A stretch of DNA of 64,000 bases from Nitrososphaerota archaeon (GTDB taxonomy: Archaea; Thermoproteota; Nitrososphaeria_A; Caldarchaeales; Calditenuaceae), in contig JAVQSZ010000004.1 of the NCBI GenBank assembly GCA_033581555.1, forward strand, positions 1 to 64,000, read 5' to 3'. A model generated the notes under the pieces. That model saw nothing but the letters and a program-made list of their open reading frames with translations. It searched no databases and had not been told where the DNA came from. The translations under genes and the position numbers were made by a program. This document shows, in pieces, positions 38,203 to 47,900 of the stretch. Positions within the stretch are counted from its first letter, which is position 1. The number at the start of each line of letters is the position of its first letter.

Positions 38203-39417
38203 TTGCGGGCCGAGACCGCTCGAGTCCTCAGTGCTGAGGCTCCGAGGATTTGGCCGCTGGGTGCGTTAGGCTTCGTCGCGCTCATCGACACCTCGATGAT
38301 CTCGCCGGTGATCGCGTCCCACGCGCTGCTGCTCGGCGCCGACAGGGTCTTCGCGGCCACGATAGCCGGGTCCTACTCGCTGGTCGCGATCTTCACGACG
38401 ATGGTCGCGGGCTACTTGGTCGACAGGATCGGGAGGAGGAGGCTTCTAGGCGCGGGGCTCACCGCGGACCTCATCCTGATGTTCGGGTACGCGTTCTCGA
38501 CGAGCCCGCTCCAGCTGCTCGCGGTCAGGATCGCCCACGCGGTCGCCGACGCCTTCGTCGTCCCTTCGGCTCTCGCGACGATCGGGGACCTGTTCCAGAG
38601 GGTCCTCGGCCGGTCGCTGGCGATCTACTGGACCTCCGTGGCCGTCGCTATAATTGTCGGCTCCGGGAGCGCAAGCGCCCTCGTGCTTAGGTTCGGACAC
38701 CCCGGCGTGTACCTCGTCGTCGCCGGCGCGATAGCCGCGACCCTAATCACGCTCAGGCTAGGAGGCTACTCGCATAAGGAGGAAAGTCACCGCGGCCGCG
38801 GCTCCTACGGGGCCGCGATCTCCGCGCACGTCGTGCCGATCGCCCTCGCGTCGGCGGCCATGCTCTCCATGTACCTAGTGATCGGGGGGATCATCGGCAC
38901 GGCTCCGTCGATGCTCGTGGAGAGGGCCGGCCTCGACGAGAGGGGAGCTGCCGCGATGGTCGGGATGTTCATGGCCCTCTCGACCGGAGTGGCGATACCG
39001 CTCTTCTTCGCCGCCGAGCGGGTCGCCTCCAGAATCTCGCCTTACGTGGGAGCTGCGGTAGGTCTGGTCGCGGCCTCTGCGGCGTCCTACCTCCTCGACG
39101 CGGGGGTTGCCAACAGGGCGCTCTGGTATGCGAGCGCGGTCGTGTTCGGCGTCACCCTCGGCTTCGTCTTCCTGACCTCCTCGTTCATCGCGGTCTCCCT
39201 GCCCTCTGAGATTCGCGGGACTGCCTCGGGCATCTCCCAAGGGATGGGCCTCATGGGGGTCGTCGCGGGCTCACTGATCTCGGCGGTCCTCGCAGGCCTT
39301 CACCTGCCGGTCGGGACGTTCACGGTGATGGGCCTTCCCTCCCTTGCGACGGCTGGACTAGCGGCTGCAGTCTCCGTCCGCCGAGGGCGCATCGGGAAAC
39401 CCGAAAATAGAGCCTGA
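38203..39417 (+). CDS. MFS transporter
   Basis: About 12 TMs, motif A GYLVDRIGRR, RGTASG. Confidence 0.9.
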   Translation: MRAETARVLSAEAPRIWPLGALGFVALIDTSMISPVIASHALLLGADRVFAATIAGSYSLVAIFTTMVAGYLVDRIGRRRLLGAGLTADLILMFGYAFSTSPLQLLAVRIAHAVADAFVVPSALATIGDLFQRVLGRSLAIYWTSVAVAIIVGSGSASALVLRFGHPGVYLVVAGAIAATLITLRLGGYSHKEESHRGRGSYGAAISAHVVPIALASAAMLSMYLVIGGIIGTAPSMLVERAGLDERGAAAMVGMFMALSTGVAIPLFFAAERVASRISPYVGAAVGLVAASAASYLLDAGVANRALWYASAVVFGVTLGFVFLTSSFIAVSLPSEIRGTASGISQGMGLMGVVAGSLISAVLAGLHLPVGTFTVMGLPSLATAGLAAAVSVRRGRIGKPENRA

Positions 39418-39430
39418 GCCGTGTAACGCC

Positions 39431-39979
39431 GTGAGCTCTAAGGTCTCGAAGGAGCAGATCGAGGCCTTCGTCAAGACCTGGCTCGGGTACGTCGAGTCGG
39501 AGAAGGAGAGGACGGGGCTCCCGATCGTTGGGGACGAGAAGAATGGCGACCCACTCTTCGTGGACCAGAGGGAGATCAGGCTCAGGTACCTCATCCCCGT
39601 GAAGAGGATCTCCCAGTTCTTCGAGGGCCTGAAGAGGAACGAGGTCCTCTACACCGAGTGCAGGCGATGCGGGTCCAAGTTCTTCCCGCCACAGTCCGAC
39701 TGCTCAAGGTGCGGCTCCAATGAGATGGAGTGGAGGAAGGTCGAGGGCGAGGGCACGCTCCTCACCTACACGAAGATCCTGGTCAAGCCGACGAGCTTCA
39801 TGCACTACGACGACTACATCGTCGGGATCGCGAGGATGAAGGAGGGCTTCAACGTATTGGCGTGGGTGAAGGCCGGTGACGTCTCCGAGCTCAAGGTCGG
39901 GATGCCAGTGAGGCTCGAGGTCGAGAGGAGGCAGGAGGACAACTACCTCACGTACGTGCTGGTCCCAGTGAGATCTTGA
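39431..39979 (+). CDS. DUF35-type Zn-ribbon/OB-fold protein
   Basis: FFEGLK..CRRCG..FPPQSDCSRC..GTLLTYT..LKVGMPV. Confidence 0.88.
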   Translation: MSSKVSKEQIEAFVKTWLGYVESEKERTGLPIVGDEKNGDPLFVDQREIRLRYLIPVKRISQFFEGLKRNEVLYTECRRCGSKFFPPQSDCSRCGSNEMEWRKVEGEGTLLTYTKILVKPTSFMHYDDYIVGIARMKEGFNVLAWVKAGDVSELKVGMPVRLEVERRQEDNYLTYVLVPVRS

Positions 39980-40776
39980 CGCTCGGCCTCACGCTGAGTG
40001 AGCTCAGGGCGCTTGTCGAGGAGGCGAAGGGGGTCCTCTCGGCTGAGCCCGCGGTCCTGAGGGTCGACGTCGGCAAGGTCCTCGTGATCGGGGACCTGCA
40101 CGGCGACCTCGAGTCCCTGGAGTCGTCGCTGGAGCTGGTGGACCGGTACGATGTGCTGATCTTCCTCGGGGACTTCGTCGACAGGGGTCCCCACCAACTC
40201 GAGGTCCTCGCGGAGCTGATGAGGGCGAAGGTCGAGTTCAGGGACAGGGTCCTATTGATCAGGGGGAACCACGAGACCGCCCAGATGAACTACGCCTACG
40301 GGTTCTACCACGTCGTCGCGAGGAGGTTCGGGGCCGGAGCCTACGGGCTGGTCGCGGAGCTCTTCTCAGAGCTCCCGATCTTCGCGGTCGTCAACGGCGA
40401 GACGATGGCGGTCCACGGCGGCATACCGAGGGGCGTGCGCTCGGTCGGGGAGCTGATGGGCGTAAGGAAGCAGGGCGAAGACCTCGAGGACGACGTAGTG
40501 GTCCAGATGCTCTGGAACGACCCCGACGAGTCGATCGAGGACTTCGGGCCGAGCTGGAGGGGTCCAGGGATCTACACCTACGGCAGACGGGCTGTCGCGA
40601 GCTTCCTCTCGGCCTCCGGGCTGAAGAGGATCGTGAGGGCCCACGAGCCCGACCCGGACGGCCTCCGGTACAGCTTTGGCGGGTCCGTGATCACGGTCTT
40701 CTCCTGCAGGCACTACGGGATCTCACCGGCGGCCCTCGAGCTGGGCCCCGACGGGCCGAGGAGGGTGCAGCTCTAG
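39976..40776 (+). CDS. PPP-family Ser/Thr protein phosphatase
   Basis: GDLHG, GDFVDRG, RGNHE, HGGI, LWNDP, RAHE, TVFS. Confidence 0.92.
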   Translation: MTLGLTLSELRALVEEAKGVLSAEPAVLRVDVGKVLVIGDLHGDLESLESSLELVDRYDVLIFLGDFVDRGPHQLEVLAELMRAKVEFRDRVLLIRGNHETAQMNYAYGFYHVVARRFGAGAYGLVAELFSELPIFAVVNGETMAVHGGIPRGVRSVGELMGVRKQGEDLEDDVVVQMLWNDPDESIEDFGPSWRGPGIYTYGRRAVASFLSASGLKRIVRAHEPDPDGLRYSFGGSVITVFSCRHYGISPAALELGPDGPRRVQL

Positions 40777-40778
40777 TA

Positions 40779-41657
40779 TTGAGGCCGTGGGAGGTCCTAG
40801 ACCCGAGGGCCCTCGCGGACTCGCTCTCCACAGGGGTGAGATTCAGGAGGGCCTTCGCGGTCTTCGGGATCGCAGCCGCGATGATCGCGACCTCCGGCGT
40901 CGTCAACACGGTCCTCCTAACCGAGTGGGTATACCCGTTCGCCTCGTTCAGGGAGATCGCCCTGCCCTTTACCTCCGCGAGGGACGTCGCCTTCGCCTCT
41001 GTCGGATACCTCGTGATCGGGACGGTCGTCGTCATGTTCACGCTAGCCGCGGTCTCCTTCGCCTCCGGCAGGAGGGGCTTCTCGGCGGAGCTGGTCTCGG
41101 TGGTCCTGCACGCCTCGGCCTTCGTCGCGGTGGCCTCCGCGCTGGTCCTCGCCTACGGGCTCGTCGCGGAGCAGAGGACCTTCTACGTCGTCGGCGTCGA
41201 GGTCGAGGGCTTCAAGGCAGAGAACGTCTCCTACGCCGGTAAGCTCATTGGGAGCGGGGACGAAGTGAGGGGCGTTGCCGAGGTCGCGAGGGCGAAGAGG
41301 CTCGAGATGCGCGTCGAGCCGAACGACGTCGGGTCCCTCAAGGACGGGAACTATAGGGAACGGGTGGTGCTGAGGGGGCTGGCCGTCAGGGCCAACCGGA
41401 CCGTATCGGAGGTCGGCGACGTCGTGGTGAGCTCGATCACGTACGACCTAATGTCCTATGAGTCCCTTGAGTCCGTGGATATCGTCCCGAGGGTCCAGAG
41501 GGAGCCGATCTCCGCGGCGATATCCGTGGGCGGCTGGGTCTCGATGGTCGTACATTCCTGTTGGACGCTCAAGATCAGGATGAGAGCGGGTAAGCGTTGG
41601 GCCGCAGGCGCCGCGGTCGCGGTCACGGTCGTCTTGCTGGTCCTTGGGATCTTGTGA
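40779..41657 (+). CDS. Hypothetical membrane protein
   Basis: Three N-terminal TMs, a beta-rich soluble loop and two C-terminal TMs; host-like codon usage. Confidence 0.65.
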   Translation: MRPWEVLDPRALADSLSTGVRFRRAFAVFGIAAAMIATSGVVNTVLLTEWVYPFASFREIALPFTSARDVAFASVGYLVIGTVVVMFTLAAVSFASGRRGFSAELVSVVLHASAFVAVASALVLAYGLVAEQRTFYVVGVEVEGFKAENVSYAGKLIGSGDEVRGVAEVARAKRLEMRVEPNDVGSLKDGNYRERVVLRGLAVRANRTVSEVGDVVVSSITYDLMSYESLESVDIVPRVQREPISAAISVGGWVSMVVHSCWTLKIRMRAGKRWAAGAAVAVTVVLLVLGIL

Positions 41658-42369
41658 CCCTCCCGGACCTGTCTATTTCCCCGGCCCTTATTCTCGTGCT
41701 GGAGACAGGGTTGCCGTCCTCCGCGAGGACGATGGGGCCGACCTCAACGGCTATCGGAGGCCTGCTCGAGGAGGTCCGCTCCGCCGCGATCCTGAGGCAG
41801 TTCTGGAGGGTGAACGGACTCCCCACGACGACGTCGAAGCTCTCGTCGGTCACGGGCGGCCCCAGCGGGTCGTCGAGCTCGCCGATCTCGCACCTCCCGG
41901 CCCAGCCGTGCCTCCTCACCGCCTCCTCCAGCTCCCTCCTCCGGTCCTCGTAGCTCGTGATCCCCCTCTTCCCCATCCTCGTCGCGAAGCCATCCGTGAC
42001 CAGCCCCACGAAGACCCTTTCGGCTTCCCTGAAGGCCGCGTTGAGGAGCGCGAGGTGCCCGACGTGGAGCCTGTCGAAAGTCCCTCCGATGCCGGCCTTC
42101 CTGTACCTCGGCCTGACGTGCCTGCTCAACCTGATCTCGTCGAGGACCTCGTCCCACCAGAGCCTCGAGCACCTGAGCAGCACGAGCCCCACACCCCTCG
42201 GCAAGCCGAGCGCCCTAGAGAGCGCCTCGTGGTCGACCCTTGGGTCTGCAGTTACGACCTCCGCGGCGAGGGCCCTGAGCTCGCTATAGTTCGGCATCGA
42301 CCTCACCGCCTCGAAGAGCATCGAGTAGAGGAGCTCAGCCGACGCTGACCTGCTCCAGTCCTTGGGCAA
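41623..42369 (-). CDS. coaD: Phosphopantetheine adenylyltransferase (archaeal type) with N-terminal extension
   Basis: GGTFDRLHVGH, LDDPLGP, AEDGNPVSSTRIRAGEID. Confidence 0.85.
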   Translation of the reverse strand: MPKDWSRSASAELLYSMLFEAVRSMPNYSELRALAAEVVTADPRVDHEALSRALGLPRGVGLVLLRCSRLWWDEVLDEIRLSRHVRPRYRKAGIGGTFDRLHVGHLALLNAAFREAERVFVGLVTDGFATRMGKRGITSYEDRRRELEEAVRRHGWAGRCEIGELDDPLGPPVTDESFDVVVGSPFTLQNCLRIAAERTSSSRPPIAVEVGPIVLAEDGNPVSSTRIRAGEIDRSGRVTRSQGPARRP

Positions 42370-42457
42370 CCCGGTTCACCCCGATCTCCGCTCACGTGAA
42401 AAATCCTCCTTCTTGAGGGCGTTAGGCATTTTACCGGAGTCCCAGACTGTGAGGTGG

Positions 42458-43342
42458 ATGAAGGACCAGCGCGAGATGACCTTCCTCGAGCACCTGATCG
42501 AGCTGAGGAACAGAGTGAAGGTAGTCATCGTCTCGTTCGTGGTCGCCCTGGTCTTCTGGCTCGCGTTCCCGAAGGACCTGCTGTCCCTCAACCCGAACCC
42601 CGAGGGTTTCTTGACCGGCCAGTACGTCCCAGTCATCAACGTCGTGCTCGAGAGGACGCTCCAGCTCGCGGAGGGCAGGGTTAAGATCATCGCGGGTACC
42701 CTCACGTCGCCGCTGGAGGTCTACTTCGTCGCGTCGGCGCTGATGGCCCTCATCACAGTCTCCCCTGTTATAGCGTATGAGTTCTACATGTACGTCGACC
42801 CCGCCCTCTACCCCCATGAGAGGAGACTCGTCTGGGGCTTCATGGCCGCCTTCATAGGGCTCTTCTCCTTCGGGGCGACCTTCTGCTACTTCGTCGTGAT
42901 GCCGCTGGTGATCAGGTTCATGCACATCTTCGCCGAGATCGTGGGCGCCGAGTTCGTCGTCACAGCGGTCGACTACTACTTCATGGTCTTCGCGACCGTG
43001 GCGCTGATGGGCTTCCTCTTCACGATCCCCGCGGTCTTCGTCCTCCTGGTCAGGCTGGGGATCGTGAGCTCCTCGATCGTGACGAAGAACAGGCTCTACG
43101 TCTACGGGCTCCTCTACATCGCGATCGCGCTCATCACGCCGGACGGATGGCTGGTCGCGAACACCGTCCTCTTCCTCCCGATGGTGGTGCTGACGGAGAC
43201 CGCAGTCCTGATCGCTAAGAGGTTCGAGAGGAGGAGGGAGGAGGAGGCGAGGGGGCCGCCGATGAGGAACTGCAAGTTCTGTGGGTACAGGATGCCCGAG
43301 GACGAGGTCTTCTGCCCGGCGTGTGGCAGGGCTCAGGAGTGA
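42458..43342 (+). CDS. tatC: Twin-arginine translocase TatC with C-terminal zinc ribbon
   Basis: MTFLEHLIELRNR, PALYPHER, ITPD; C-terminal CKFC..CPACG. Confidence 0.92.
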   Translation: MKDQREMTFLEHLIELRNRVKVVIVSFVVALVFWLAFPKDLLSLNPNPEGFLTGQYVPVINVVLERTLQLAEGRVKIIAGTLTSPLEVYFVASALMALITVSPVIAYEFYMYVDPALYPHERRLVWGFMAAFIGLFSFGATFCYFVVMPLVIRFMHIFAEIVGAEFVVTAVDYYFMVFATVALMGFLFTIPAVFVLLVRLGIVSSSIVTKNRLYVYGLLYIAIALITPDGWLVANTVLFLPMVVLTETAVLIAKRFERRREEEARGPPMRNCKFCGYRMPEDEVFCPACGRAQE

Positions 43343-43665
43343 GGCGTCGGGGCGCGGAGCCTCTCCTTCACCTTCCTGATCGAGCCGGATGCCGTGACGA
43401 CGTCCAGCGCGACGGGCACTCCGTTGACCTCCGAGACGCTCGAGGCCGCTAGGATTACCCTCCAAACCGAGCTAAGGGAGCACCTGAGGACTAGTTCGCC
43501 CTTGGACTCGTCGAACCAAACCAGCTTCAGGTTTGCCCTGGCCGACTCGATCTGTCCGTAGAGCATCTCGAGGGCGGTATGGACCGTCCCGTGAACGGCT
43601 GCCGGGCTCGGCCGGCCGCCCCTCGACCTCACCCTAACCCCCAGGTACCTCCTCTTCGCCCTCAA
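43333..43665 (-). CDS. rnp2: RNase P protein Pop5 (component 2)
   Basis: KRRYL..LYG..VLRC..SGSIRK. Confidence 0.88.
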   Translation of the reverse strand: MRAKRRYLGVRVRSRGGRPSPAAVHGTVHTALEMLYGQIESARANLKLVWFDESKGELVLRCSLSSVWRVILAASSVSEVNGVPVALDVVTASGSIRKVKERLRAPTPHS

Positions 43666-44323
43666 CCGTCCACACCCCCCTCGGGTCCGAGAGCCCCGAG
43701 AGCCTCCTCGCGTTCTCGACGACGATCGACTCCGGAATCCTCGAGACCGAGTCCAGCGCTAGCTCTGGCTTGAAACCGGTCCCGGTCAACAGCGAGGCCA
43801 ACTGTACCGGCCTCCTCATCCCGATACCGTCGGAGGCCCCCGACGTCACGACCACCTTTACCCTCCCCCTCTCGATCCACCTCGAGGACCTGAGGAGCCA
43901 GGAGGCGAAGGAGCGCGGGTCCCTCAGGAACTCCGAGAACCTCAGCTCGACCGCGTTCTTGGCAACCTCAGCGACGTGCCTGTCGATCGGGATCATCTGC
44001 TCCGTCGGCGCCACGACGAGGTCCACTCTCGAGTCCCTCAGCGCGGCCATCAACACCTCCCTGCTCGGAGCCCTGACCGCGACGACGTGGTGCCTCCACC
44101 TGGCACTCCTCAGCATTCGGTAGAGCTCGTCGACGGACCTCGGGTGAACGGTGACCCTGCTGTAGACCTCGACTCCCCGGGCGATCCCCCCGAGCTCCTC
44201 GATCTCCGAACCCGTGACCTCGACTGCGACGCCCCTGAACCCTAGGGACGCAGCTGTCTCGACGAGCGACTCGGCCCCGGAGGCGGAGCCGGCAACAAGC
44301 CCGACGTCGTAGTACCTCCTCAA
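43634..44323 (-). CDS. rnp3: RNase P protein Rpp30 (component 3)
   Basis: PHP-like fold pattern (LGF..YSRV..DSRVD..VVTSGA..R.P); TTG start at 44323; adjacent to Pop5. Confidence 0.8.
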   Translation of the reverse strand: MRRYYDVGLVAGSASGAESLVETAASLGFRGVAVEVTGSEIEELGGIARGVEVYSRVTVHPRSVDELYRMLRSARWRHHVVAVRAPSREVLMAALRDSRVDLVVAPTEQMIPIDRHVAEVAKNAVELRFSEFLRDPRSFASWLLRSSRWIERGRVKVVVTSGASDGIGMRRPVQLASLLTGTGFKPELALDSVSRIPESIVVENARRLSGLSDPRGVWTVEGEEEVPGG

Positions 44324-44691
44324 GCCCTCTGCCTCCGGACCTCTACCTTGATCGCGTCCCGCTCCGAGAGGACCAGCTCTCCCAGGTAGGCCGCCTGCTT
44401 GTCGAGCCTGACGTGGATTACCTCCTGCGACCCGAGGACCTCGGTCCTCTCCGCGACGTAGTGCTCGGGCAGGTATGAGAGGAGCCTCTCCGCCACCGCC
44501 TCCGCCCCCTCGCCCCTCAGCTCGACCTCGACGACCGAGAGTGGCTCCCCGAAGATCCCGGTCGTCCTCGTCCATCGCGCGGCGCCGCTCACGTCGACGC
44601 CTAGCGCGTTCGACATCGCCCTCAGGACTTTCTCCTCAGACTCGGTCGCGGAGCAGATCGCCCTCGCCGTGACCGATGTGACCCTGCGCAA
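44320..44691 (-). CDS. Predicted RNA-binding protein (DUF54, exosome/RNase P superoperon)
   Basis: ATESEEKV..GIFGEP..RLDKQAAYLG. Confidence 0.82.
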   Translation of the reverse strand: MRRVTSVTARAICSATESEEKVLRAMSNALGVDVSGAARWTRTTGIFGEPLSVVEVELRGEGAEAVAERLLSYLPEHYVAERTEVLGSQEVIHVRLDKQAAYLGELVLSERDAIKVEVRRQRA

Positions 44692-44692
44692 C

Positions 44693-45226
44693 TCAGTACC
44701 ACCTGTCCTTCAGACCGATAAGGTAGGCTCCGGCGTTGGTCCCTACGTGTAAGGCCGCGGTAACCAACATCAGCAGCGCGACCGTCAGCGGGTCTGCCCA
44801 GCTCGGATGGCCGAAGGCCGCCCAAGAGACGATGAGGGCCGCGACGAGAAACCCAAGTTGGTCGAGGGCCGGGACCGACGCTCCCCTCTCGATCCCCGCG
44901 CGCCTCTTCGCGAACGAGCCCAGGACGTCACCGAACATCGCGCCCGCAGAGAGCAGAACGGGTTCGGCCGCGTGCCTGAACGTGCCTGGCGAGAGCAGCA
45001 GGACCGCGAGTCCGGCAGCGCTGCCCGCGGCGATCCCGGTCACGAGGCCCTCGACCGTCTTCCCGTCGCCCAGCAGCCTCCTGCCGTCGAGGAAGGTCCT
45101 CCCGAAGTCGAGCGGGTGGGTCGAGCCGACCAGCCTGACCGCCACGACGGGCGCGCCGTTCGCGACGTAGGCGGGGAAGACGTAGACCAGCGCGGCCAGT
45201 AGCCTCCAGACGATCCCTTCCTCCAT
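44693..45226 (-). CDS. carS: CDP-archaeol synthase
   Basis: PAYVANGAP, PLDFG, DGRRLLGDGKT, GDVLGSFAKRR, LDQLGF. Confidence 0.92.
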   Translation of the reverse strand: MEEGIVWRLLAALVYVFPAYVANGAPVVAVRLVGSTHPLDFGRTFLDGRRLLGDGKTVEGLVTGIAAGSAAGLAVLLLSPGTFRHAAEPVLLSAGAMFGDVLGSFAKRRAGIERGASVPALDQLGFLVAALIVSWAAFGHPSWADPLTVALLMLVTAALHVGTNAGAYLIGLKDRWY

Positions 45227-45289
45227 CCGGCCTGCGATCGGGCCGACCTGCTAATGGGTTCTATGCCGAAGCCCCGAGGGACATTGGGC

Positions 45290-45754
45290 TCAGAACCCCG
45301 CCTCGCCGACGTCGCCTTCAGGCCCCATGTCGAAGCCCTGGTCCCCCGCGAGCATGAACCCGAGGCTCTGGAGCATCATCAGGTCGAGCAGGTGGAGGCT
45401 GACCAGCAGCGGGACGAGCGCCTGGTACTGCGTCAGGAGCTCCCGCACTCCCTCCTCGTCGCCCTCTTCGGCCCTCCTCCTGATCTCCTCCGCGACCCTC
45501 TCCAACTCCCTCCTCGCCTCCTCTGCCTCTCGCATGCCTCTCTCGGTGAGCGAGTAGACGGTCCTCCTCCTGAGGAAGCCCTTCGCCTCCTGCGAGGAGA
45601 CCAGCCCCGAGGCCTCGAGCGAGATCAGCGCCGACTCAACGTCGGACCTCTGGAGGCCCGTCCTGTTAGCGACCTCCGCGGCCGTGAGCGGGCCGTCGGT
45701 GAGCGCCACGAGCACCAGGTTCCTCCGGACCCTCCAGTCCTCCTGTGCCGACAT
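45290..45754 (-). CDS. Winged-helix (MarR-like) DNA-binding protein with acidic tail
   Basis: LTAAEVANRTG..LEASGLV..YSLTERG. Confidence 0.75.
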   Translation of the reverse strand: MSAQEDWRVRRNLVLVALTDGPLTAAEVANRTGLQRSDVESALISLEASGLVSSQEAKGFLRRRTVYSLTERGMREAEEARRELERVAEEIRRRAEEGDEEGVRELLTQYQALVPLLVSLHLLDLMMLQSLGFMLAGDQGFDMGPEGDVGEAGF

Positions 45755-45852
45755 CGGTGTGACGGGCCGTCCGGACCTTATTTAACTGACTCGAAGGCCC
45801 CCGAACCGAGTCTCGGGAGACGCTTAAATCCGGCTGGGGGCGGAGAGACCCG

Positions 45853-46995
45853 ATGAGGGTAACGGTCTCGGTCATCAAGGCGGACGTCGGGAGCGTCGCG
45901 GGCCACCACAAGCCCCACGCGGAGATGCTCTCCTACGCCGAGAGGAAGATGCGGGAGGCCGAGGAGACAGGCCTGATCCTCTCGGGCTACGTGACCCACG
46001 CCGGGGACGACATCGTCCTAGTGATGACCCACGCCCGGGGCGAGAACGACCCAGAGGTCCACGGTCTGGCGTGGAGGACCTTCAAGGAGATCACGGAGAG
46101 GGTCGCGAGGCCGCTCAAGCTCTACGCAGCCGGCCAGGACCTTCTGAGCGACGCCTTCAGCGGGAACGTGAGGGGACTGGGGCCCGGGGTCGCCGAGATC
46201 GAGTTCGAGGAGAGGCCCTCCGAGCCGATCGTCGTCTTCGCAGCCGACAAGACCGAGCCCGGCGCGTGGAACGTCCCGCTCTACAGGATCTTCGCGTCCC
46301 CCGACAACACCGCGGGCCTCGTCATCGACCCGAAGCTCCACGCGGGCTTCAAGTTCGAGGTCCTAGACCTGATTGAGTCCGAGTCGGTCGTCCTCAAGGC
46401 GCCCGAAGAGCTCTACGACCTGGTCGCGCTCCTCGGCACTCCGGGCAGATACGCGGTCTCGAGGGTCTTCAGGGCGATCGACGACGAGCCGGCCGCGGCC
46501 GCGAGCACGACGAGGCTCAGCCTAATCGCGGGGAGGTACGTCGGGAAGGACGACCCGGTCCTCGTGGTCAGGGCCCAGGCGGGATTCCCAGCGGTCGGTG
46601 AGATCCTGAGCGCCTTCGCGGTCCCACCGATCGTCAGCGGTTGGATGAGGGGCTCCCACAGGGGTCCCCTGATGCCGGTCTCCTTCAGGAAGGGCCACAA
46701 CGTCGTGACCTTCTTCGACGGGCCTCCGAGGGTGATCGCGATGGGCTGGCAGGTCTCGAACGGCAGGCTGGTCGGCGTCGAGGGCAAGGAGCCCGCTGAC
46801 CTCTTCGACGACCCGTTCTTCGACCACAGCAGAAGGGTCGCGGCCGAGATGGCGATCTACCTCAGGACGATGGGCGAGTTCGAGCCGGCGAGGCTCGGGC
46901 ACGAGGAGATGGAATACACGACGCTCCCCCAGGTCCTCGAGAGGTTGAGGCCGAGGTTCAGGAAGGTCGAGGAGGGCGTTCGCGTGAAGCGCTAA
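45853..46995 (+). CDS. fbp: Bifunctional fructose-1,6-bisphosphate aldolase/phosphatase
   Basis: SVIKADVGS, GDDI, YAAGQDLLSDAFSGN, YVGKDDP, GWMRGSH, EMEYTTLP. Confidence 0.96.
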   Translation: MRVTVSVIKADVGSVAGHHKPHAEMLSYAERKMREAEETGLILSGYVTHAGDDIVLVMTHARGENDPEVHGLAWRTFKEITERVARPLKLYAAGQDLLSDAFSGNVRGLGPGVAEIEFEERPSEPIVVFAADKTEPGAWNVPLYRIFASPDNTAGLVIDPKLHAGFKFEVLDLIESESVVLKAPEELYDLVALLGTPGRYAVSRVFRAIDDEPAAAASTTRLSLIAGRYVGKDDPVLVVRAQAGFPAVGEILSAFAVPPIVSGWMRGSHRGPLMPVSFRKGHNVVTFFDGPPRVIAMGWQVSNGRLVGVEGKEPADLFDDPFFDHSRRVAAEMAIYLRTMGEFEPARLGHEEMEYTTLPQVLERLRPRFRKVEEGVRVKR

Positions 46996-47038
46996 GGGCC
47001 GGAACAGGTTTATCCGCGTCCGCTCCTCTTCCGCCCCG

Positions 47039-47884
47039 ATGGACAGGGTCCTGGATTTCCACGTCCACCTGCCGACCGCCTCCTTCGTTTCGACGCTCAG
47101 GCCCTTCGTCGAGTCGATCAACGCCTACTTCAGGACCAACCTCGTCCAGAAGGACGTCGGCGACGCGATAGAGGAGCTCAGGGGCCAAGGGGTGACTAAG
47201 GCGGTCCTCCTCCCGATCGATGCGTACAGGCTGACCGGGGTCCGGGGCGACACGAACGAGTTGATGGCGCGGATCCAGGACGAGCACCGCGACTTCTTCG
47301 TCTGCTTCGCGACCGTCGACCCCCACGGTCCCAAGGCGGCGGAGGAACTCGAGGACGCCCTGACGAGGCTCGGGCTGAGGGGACTGAAGCTCCATCCTCA
47401 GCTCCAGGACGTGAGACCGAACGACCCGAAGCTCTACCCGGTCTACGCGGTCGCGGAGAGACACGGCGTCCCAGTCCTGGTCCACACGGGGACATCGGGG
47501 ATAGGTGCGGGGATGCCGGGCGGAGGCTCGATGAGGCTCGACTACGGCAGGCCGATCCACCTCGACGAGGTCGCTGCGGTCTTCCCTAAGCTCGACCTGA
47601 TACTCGCCCACTTCGGGTGGCCCTGGCACGAGGAGGCCCTCGCGATCGCGCTCCACAAGAGGAACGTCTACATCGACCTCTCCGGGTGGCTGCCGAAGTA
47701 CATCCCCCAGACCGTGATGAGGTACGTAGACACGCTCCTGAGGAATAAGGCACTCTTCGGGAGCGACTACCCGATGCTCAGCCCCGCGAGGTGTCTCGAG
47801 CAGTTCAGGGCGAGCGGCCTCCGCCCCGAGACCCTGGAGAGGGTCCTCTATGCCAACGGGGCCGAACTCCTCAAGCTGACTTGA
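47039..47884 (+). CDS. Amidohydrolase_2 family protein, CouO-like
   Basis: DFHVH, GLKLHP, HTGTSGIGAGMPGGG, AHFGWPW, HKRNVYIDLSGWLPKY, FGSDYP. Confidence 0.85.
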   Translation: MDRVLDFHVHLPTASFVSTLRPFVESINAYFRTNLVQKDVGDAIEELRGQGVTKAVLLPIDAYRLTGVRGDTNELMARIQDEHRDFFVCFATVDPHGPKAAEELEDALTRLGLRGLKLHPQLQDVRPNDPKLYPVYAVAERHGVPVLVHTGTSGIGAGMPGGGSMRLDYGRPIHLDEVAAVFPKLDLILAHFGWPWHEEALAIALHKRNVYIDLSGWLPKYIPQTVMRYVDTLLRNKALFGSDYPMLSPARCLEQFRASGLRPETLERVLYANGAELLKLT

Positions 47885-47900
47885 CAGCTCGCGAGCAGGG

